42,389 nucleotides of DNA from Welwitschia mirabilis (taxonomy: Eukaryota), in the NCBI GenBank assembly GCA_051453625.1, contig JBOZIK010000001.1, forward strand, positions 1,633,731-1,676,119, in the 5' to 3' direction. Shown piece by piece: positions 38,019-42,389 of the stretch. The number at the start of each line of letters is the position of its first letter. Positions within the stretch are counted from its first letter, which is position 1. The notes beneath the pieces are model-generated. The model made no database searches, was not told the DNA's origin, and saw only the letters and a program-made list of their open reading frames with translations. The position numbers were made by a program, and so were the translations under genes.

Positions 38019-41000
38019 ATGATTGTTCTCAGTTGCATAGATCTAGACCTTGTACTTTGGATTGAGAGTCCCGCTACTCTTATAGATAAGAGTACCTCTG
38101 ATGAAAAGAGGGACATGGAGCAGTGGAAACACTCAAATCACATGAGTCTTATAATCATAAAATGTGTAATTCTGGAATCATTTAGGGGCATTATGTATGA
38201 AGAGAATAATGCCAAACTATTCCTTGAAGAACTTGAAAAGCATTTTGCTAAAAACATAAAGGCAAAAACAAGTACTCTTTTGAATAGTCNNNNNNNNNNN
38301 NNNNNNNNNNNNNNNNNNNNNNNNNNNNNNNNNNNNNNNNNNNNNNNNNNNNNNNNNNNNNNNNNNNNNNNNNNNNNNNNNNNNNNNNNNNNNNNNNNNN
38401 NNNNNNNNNNNNNNNNNNNNNNNNNNNNNNNNNNNNNNNNNNNNNNNNNNNNNNNNNNNNNNNNNNNNNNNNNNNNNNNNNNNNNNNNNNNNNNNNNNNN
38501 NNNNNNNNNNNNNNNNNNNNNNNNNNNNNNNNNNNNNNNNNNNNNNNNNNNNNNNNNNNNNNNNNNNNNNNNNNNNNNNNNNNNNNNNNNNNNNNNNNNN
38601 NNNNNNNNNNNNNNNNNNNNNNNNNNNNNNNNNNNNNNNNNNNNNNNNNNNNNNNNNNNNNNNNNNNNNNNNNNNNNNNNNNNNNNNNNNNNNNNNNNNN
38701 NNNNNNNNNNNNNNNNNNNNNNNNNNNNNNNNNNNNNNNNNNNNNNNNNNNNNNNNNNNNNNNNNNNNNNNNNNNNNNNNNNNNNNNNNNNNNNNNNNNN
38801 NNNNNNNNNNNNNNNNNNNNNNNNNNNNNNNNNNNNNNNNNNNNNNNNNNNNNNNNNNNNNNNNNNNNNNNNNNNNNNNNNNNNNNNNNNNNNNNNNNNN
38901 NNNNNNNNNNNNNNNNNNNNNNNNNNNNNNNNNNNNNNNNNNNNNNNNNNNNNNNNNNNNNNNNNNNNNNNNNNNNNNNNNNNNNNNNNNNNNNNNNNNN
39001 NNNNNNNNNNNNNNNNNNNNNNNAGGAATCTGGATGCTACTTCTATGGAGGGATCAATCATAAGAAGAAAGAATGCACTAAGTATCATGTCTAGCGTGCA
39101 AAAAAGGGCATGTTTCTTACTTTTGTTTGTTTTGAGGTTAATTTGACTTTAGTGCCTAAGCACACTTGGTGGATAGATTCTGATGCTACCACTCACATAA
39201 GTGTATCTATGTAAGGTTATCTGAATTACTGAAAGATGAGTAATGATGAAAGACACATCTATGTGCGCAATGGCAAGTAGGTTGAAGTCAAGGAAATTGG
39301 GACTTTTAGGTTATTATTAAGGATTGGATTTTATTTGGATTTGAAAGAAACTTTTGTTGTACTATCATTTAGATGGAATTTGGTTTCTATTTCTTTATTG
39401 GATAAATCAGGTTATCTTTGTTTATTCGAAAATAATAAATTTAGTATTTTTCAAGATTCAAAGCTAGTTGATTCCAGTTCTTTATCAGGACATGATAACC
39501 TTTACTTGATTGATACAATTACCTTGTTTAATGAAACTTTGCATATAAGTTCTCAAGGTACTAAAAGAAAATTAGCAAATGAGAATTCTGCATCACTTTG
39601 GTGTAAGCATTTAGGGCATAACTCTAAACAAAGAANNNNNNNNNNNNNNNNNNNNNNNNNNNNNNNNNNNNNNNNNNNNNNNNNNNNNNNNNNNNNNNNN
39701 NNNNNNNNNNNNNNNNNNNNNNNNNNNNNNNNNNNTATCAGGACATGATAACCCTTACTTGATTGATACAATTACCTTGTTTAATGAAACTTTGCATATA
39801 AGTTCTCGAGGTACTAAAAGAAAATTAGCAAATGAGAATTCTGCATCACTTTGGTATAAGCATTTAGGGCATATCTCTAAACAAAGAATTGATAGACTTG
39901 TATCAGATGGAATTCTTAATCCCCTTAATTATTGAGACTCAGGTATATGTGTTAAATGTATTAAGGGGAAACAAATAAACAAAAGGAAATTNNNNNNNNN
40001 NNNNNNNNNNNNNNNNNNNNNNNNNNNNNNNNNNNNNNNNNNNNNNNNNNNNNNNNNNNNNNNNNNNNNNNNNNNNNNNNNNNNNNNNNNNAAGGAAATT
40101 GGTAGTCGAAAGGTCTATAAACATCTTGGAACTAATACATATGGATATTTATGGGCCATTTACTCCTCCTTCTTAGAATGATCAACAATATTTTATTACA
40201 TTCATAAATGATTACTTAAGGTATGGCTACCTATATGTCATTCATAAGAAATCATAAGCAGTGGACGTGTCCAAAGCTTTTAAGGCTAAAGTTGAAAATC
40301 AACTTAAAAAAAGAATTAAAAGTGTCAGGTTTAATGATGGTGTAAAATACTACAATAGAAATGACAGATCTAGTGAACAATGTCTTGGACCATTTGCTAA
40401 ATTCCTAGAGGAGTGTGATATCGTCCCTCAATACACCATGCTAGGAAGTCATCAAATGAATGGTATTGCTGAAAGACAAAATAGAACGTTGCAAAATATG
40501 ATAAGGAGTATGATGAGTCATACTACCTTACCAGAATCACTCTAGGGTGAGGCAATTAAAATAGTAGCTTATATACTCAATATAGTTCCAACTAAGGTAG
40601 TGTCTAAAATCCCTTATGAATTATGGACTGGTANNNNNNNNNNNNNNNNNNNNNNNNNNNNNNNNNNNNNNNNNNNNNNNNNNNNNNNNNNNNNNNNNNN
40701 NNNNNNNNNNNNNNNNNNNNNNNNNNNNNNNNNNNNNNNNNNNNNNNNNNNNNNNNNNNNNNNNNNNNNNNNNNNNNNNNNNNNNNNNNNNNNNNNNNNN
40801 NNNNNNNNNNNNNNNNNNNNNNNNNNNAGTTGAAAATCAACTTAAAAAAAGAATTAAAAGTGTCAGGTTTAATCATGGTGTAAAATACTACAATAGAAAT
40901 GACGGATCTAGTGAACAATGTCTTGGACCATTTGCTAAATTCCTAGAGGAGTATGATATCGTCCCTCAATACACCATGCTAGGAAGTCATCAAATGAATG

Positions 41001-42325
41001 GTATTGCTGAAAGACAAAATAGAACATTGCAAAATATGATAAGGAGTATGATGAGTCATACTACCTTACCAGAATCACTCTAGGGTGAGGCAATTAAAAT
41101 AGCAGCTTATATACTCAATATAGTTCCAACTAAGGTAGTGTCCAAAACCCCTTATGAATTATGGACTGNNNNNNNNNNATCCCACTACTAGGACATTTTT
41201 TGAGATGGAAAATATTCAGTTCTTTGAGGATGTTGAGTTTGGAAGGAGAGATAAAGTTAGAGACTTTGTCTTTAAAGAGGAATATGTTTCTCTTCCTTCA
41301 TTTGTTATTCACCATAATCAGGTTTCTATTCCTGACACAGTTGGAGAAACAACTCCAAAGAATCTGCCCAATCAAACTTAATAGGTTGTTTCTGATGAAA
41401 AACTCAAGAACCTCAAGAACCTCAGGATCAAGTGCCAATAAGGAGATCCACTAGAGAGAGAAGGAGTGCAATTCCAAATGATTATGTTGTCTTCCTCTAA
41501 GAATAAGAGGTAGATATTGAGATTGTGGAAGAACTTNNNNNNNNNNNNNNNNNNNNNNNNNNNNNNNNNNNNNNNNNNNNNNNNNNNNNNNNNNNNNNNN
41601 NNNNNNNNNNNNNNNNNNNNNNNNNNNNNNNNNNNNCAATTCCAAATGATTATGTTGTCTTCCTCTAAGAATAAGAGGTAGATATTGAGATTGTGGAAGA
41701 ACTTATAGTTTTTCTATAAGAACAAGAAACAAACATTAGGTTGGTGGAGGATGATCCTATCAACTTCTGCCAGGTCATTAAAAGTTCTAACTCTCAAGAG
41801 TAGATTAATACCATAAATGAGAAAATGAAGTCCATGCATGACAATGACATTTAAGATATTGTTCCATTGCCTGAAGGTGCAAAACCCATTGGCTGCAAAT
41901 GGATATTTAAGACCAAAAGGGATTCAAATAATAATGTGATAAGGCATAAAGCTCGTCTTGTCACTAAGTGCTATATTCAAAAGGAAGGCATTAATTATAA
42001 AGAGACTTTCTCTCCAGTTTCTTTGAAAGACTCTTCTAGGATTATAATGGTGCTTGTGATACATTTTGATCTTGAGTTACATTAGATGAATGTCAAAATA
42101 GCATTTCTCAATGGTAACATTGATGAAACAATCTACATGCAGCAACCAAAAAACTTTGTTTCGAGAGATTCAAAGAAAATGGTTTGTAAATTAAAGAAAT
42201 CCATCTATGGGCTCAAGCAATCTTCCGGTCAGTGGTATTACAAGTTTCATCAAGTTATCACATATTTTGACCTTAAGCCAAATGAGGTTGATGATTGTGT
42301 ATACCATAAGTTCAGTGGGAGTAAG
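38019..42325 (+). pseudogene. Copia gag-pol polyprotein with stops and frameshifts
   Basis: gag MIVLSCIDLDL..; knuckle relic CYFYGGINHKKKEC ~39035; protease WWIDSDATTH ~39168; LWYKHLGHISKQR; integrase LELIHMDIYGPF and NGIAERQNRTL; RT KPIGCKWIFKTK, KETFSPVSLKDS and LKKSIYGLKQ. Confidence 0.95.
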
Positions 42326-42389
42326 TGTTGCAGTGTGTATTTATGCAATGTTTCACTCTTCAATCTCAATCCTGTTAATTACAAATAAG
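42326..42389. mobile_element. Start of a probable nested LTR insertion
   Basis: RT homology stops at YHKFSGSK, just before the expected LYVDD, and unrelated sequence begins with TGTTGCA. Confidence 0.6.

Larger units (their letters stand above)
36503..42325 (+). mobile_element. Comparatively young Ty1/copia element (probably TAR lineage), 3' part not seen in this window
   Basis: 5' LTR, PBS, leader and gag-pol in canonical copia order. Confidence 0.93.

Noticed and set aside
37210-41705. Apparent tandem duplications in the young copia (37210/37504, 39484/39736, 40290/40828, 41468/41637)
   Set aside because: Each near-identical pair straddles an N gap, which is typical of unmerged overlapping contig ends or haplotypes.

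Overview
A very AT-rich, gap-ridden stretch of a eukaryotic genome, most likely a land plant. I found no intact host gene; it is a nested stack of decayed transposable elements. From left to right: (1) the 3' end of an Athila/Tat-like Ty3/gypsy element (integrase tail, PPT, LTR); (2) a small foldback element; (3) a chromovirus-like gag-pol remnant cut by a solo-type LTR of the first family; (4) two very old Ty1/copia RT remnants; (5) an L1-type LINE. The LINE's zinc-finger tail is split by an 18.8-kb minus-strand copia (17508-36282, TSD TTAGT). That copia hosts a 9.8-kb long-LTR, internally deleted Tekay-like chromovirus (19045-28800) and a PIF1-helicase element with Helitron2/Helentron-like ends next to a ~600-bp palindrome. 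A much younger copia (from 36503) follows and is itself interrupted at 42326. The most unusual items are the helicase/palindrome element, an extra coiled-coil ORF behind the copia pol, and LTR-end+PBS units duplicated inside both Tekay LTRs. All translations and alignments were done by eye, and lineage names are motif-based inferences.
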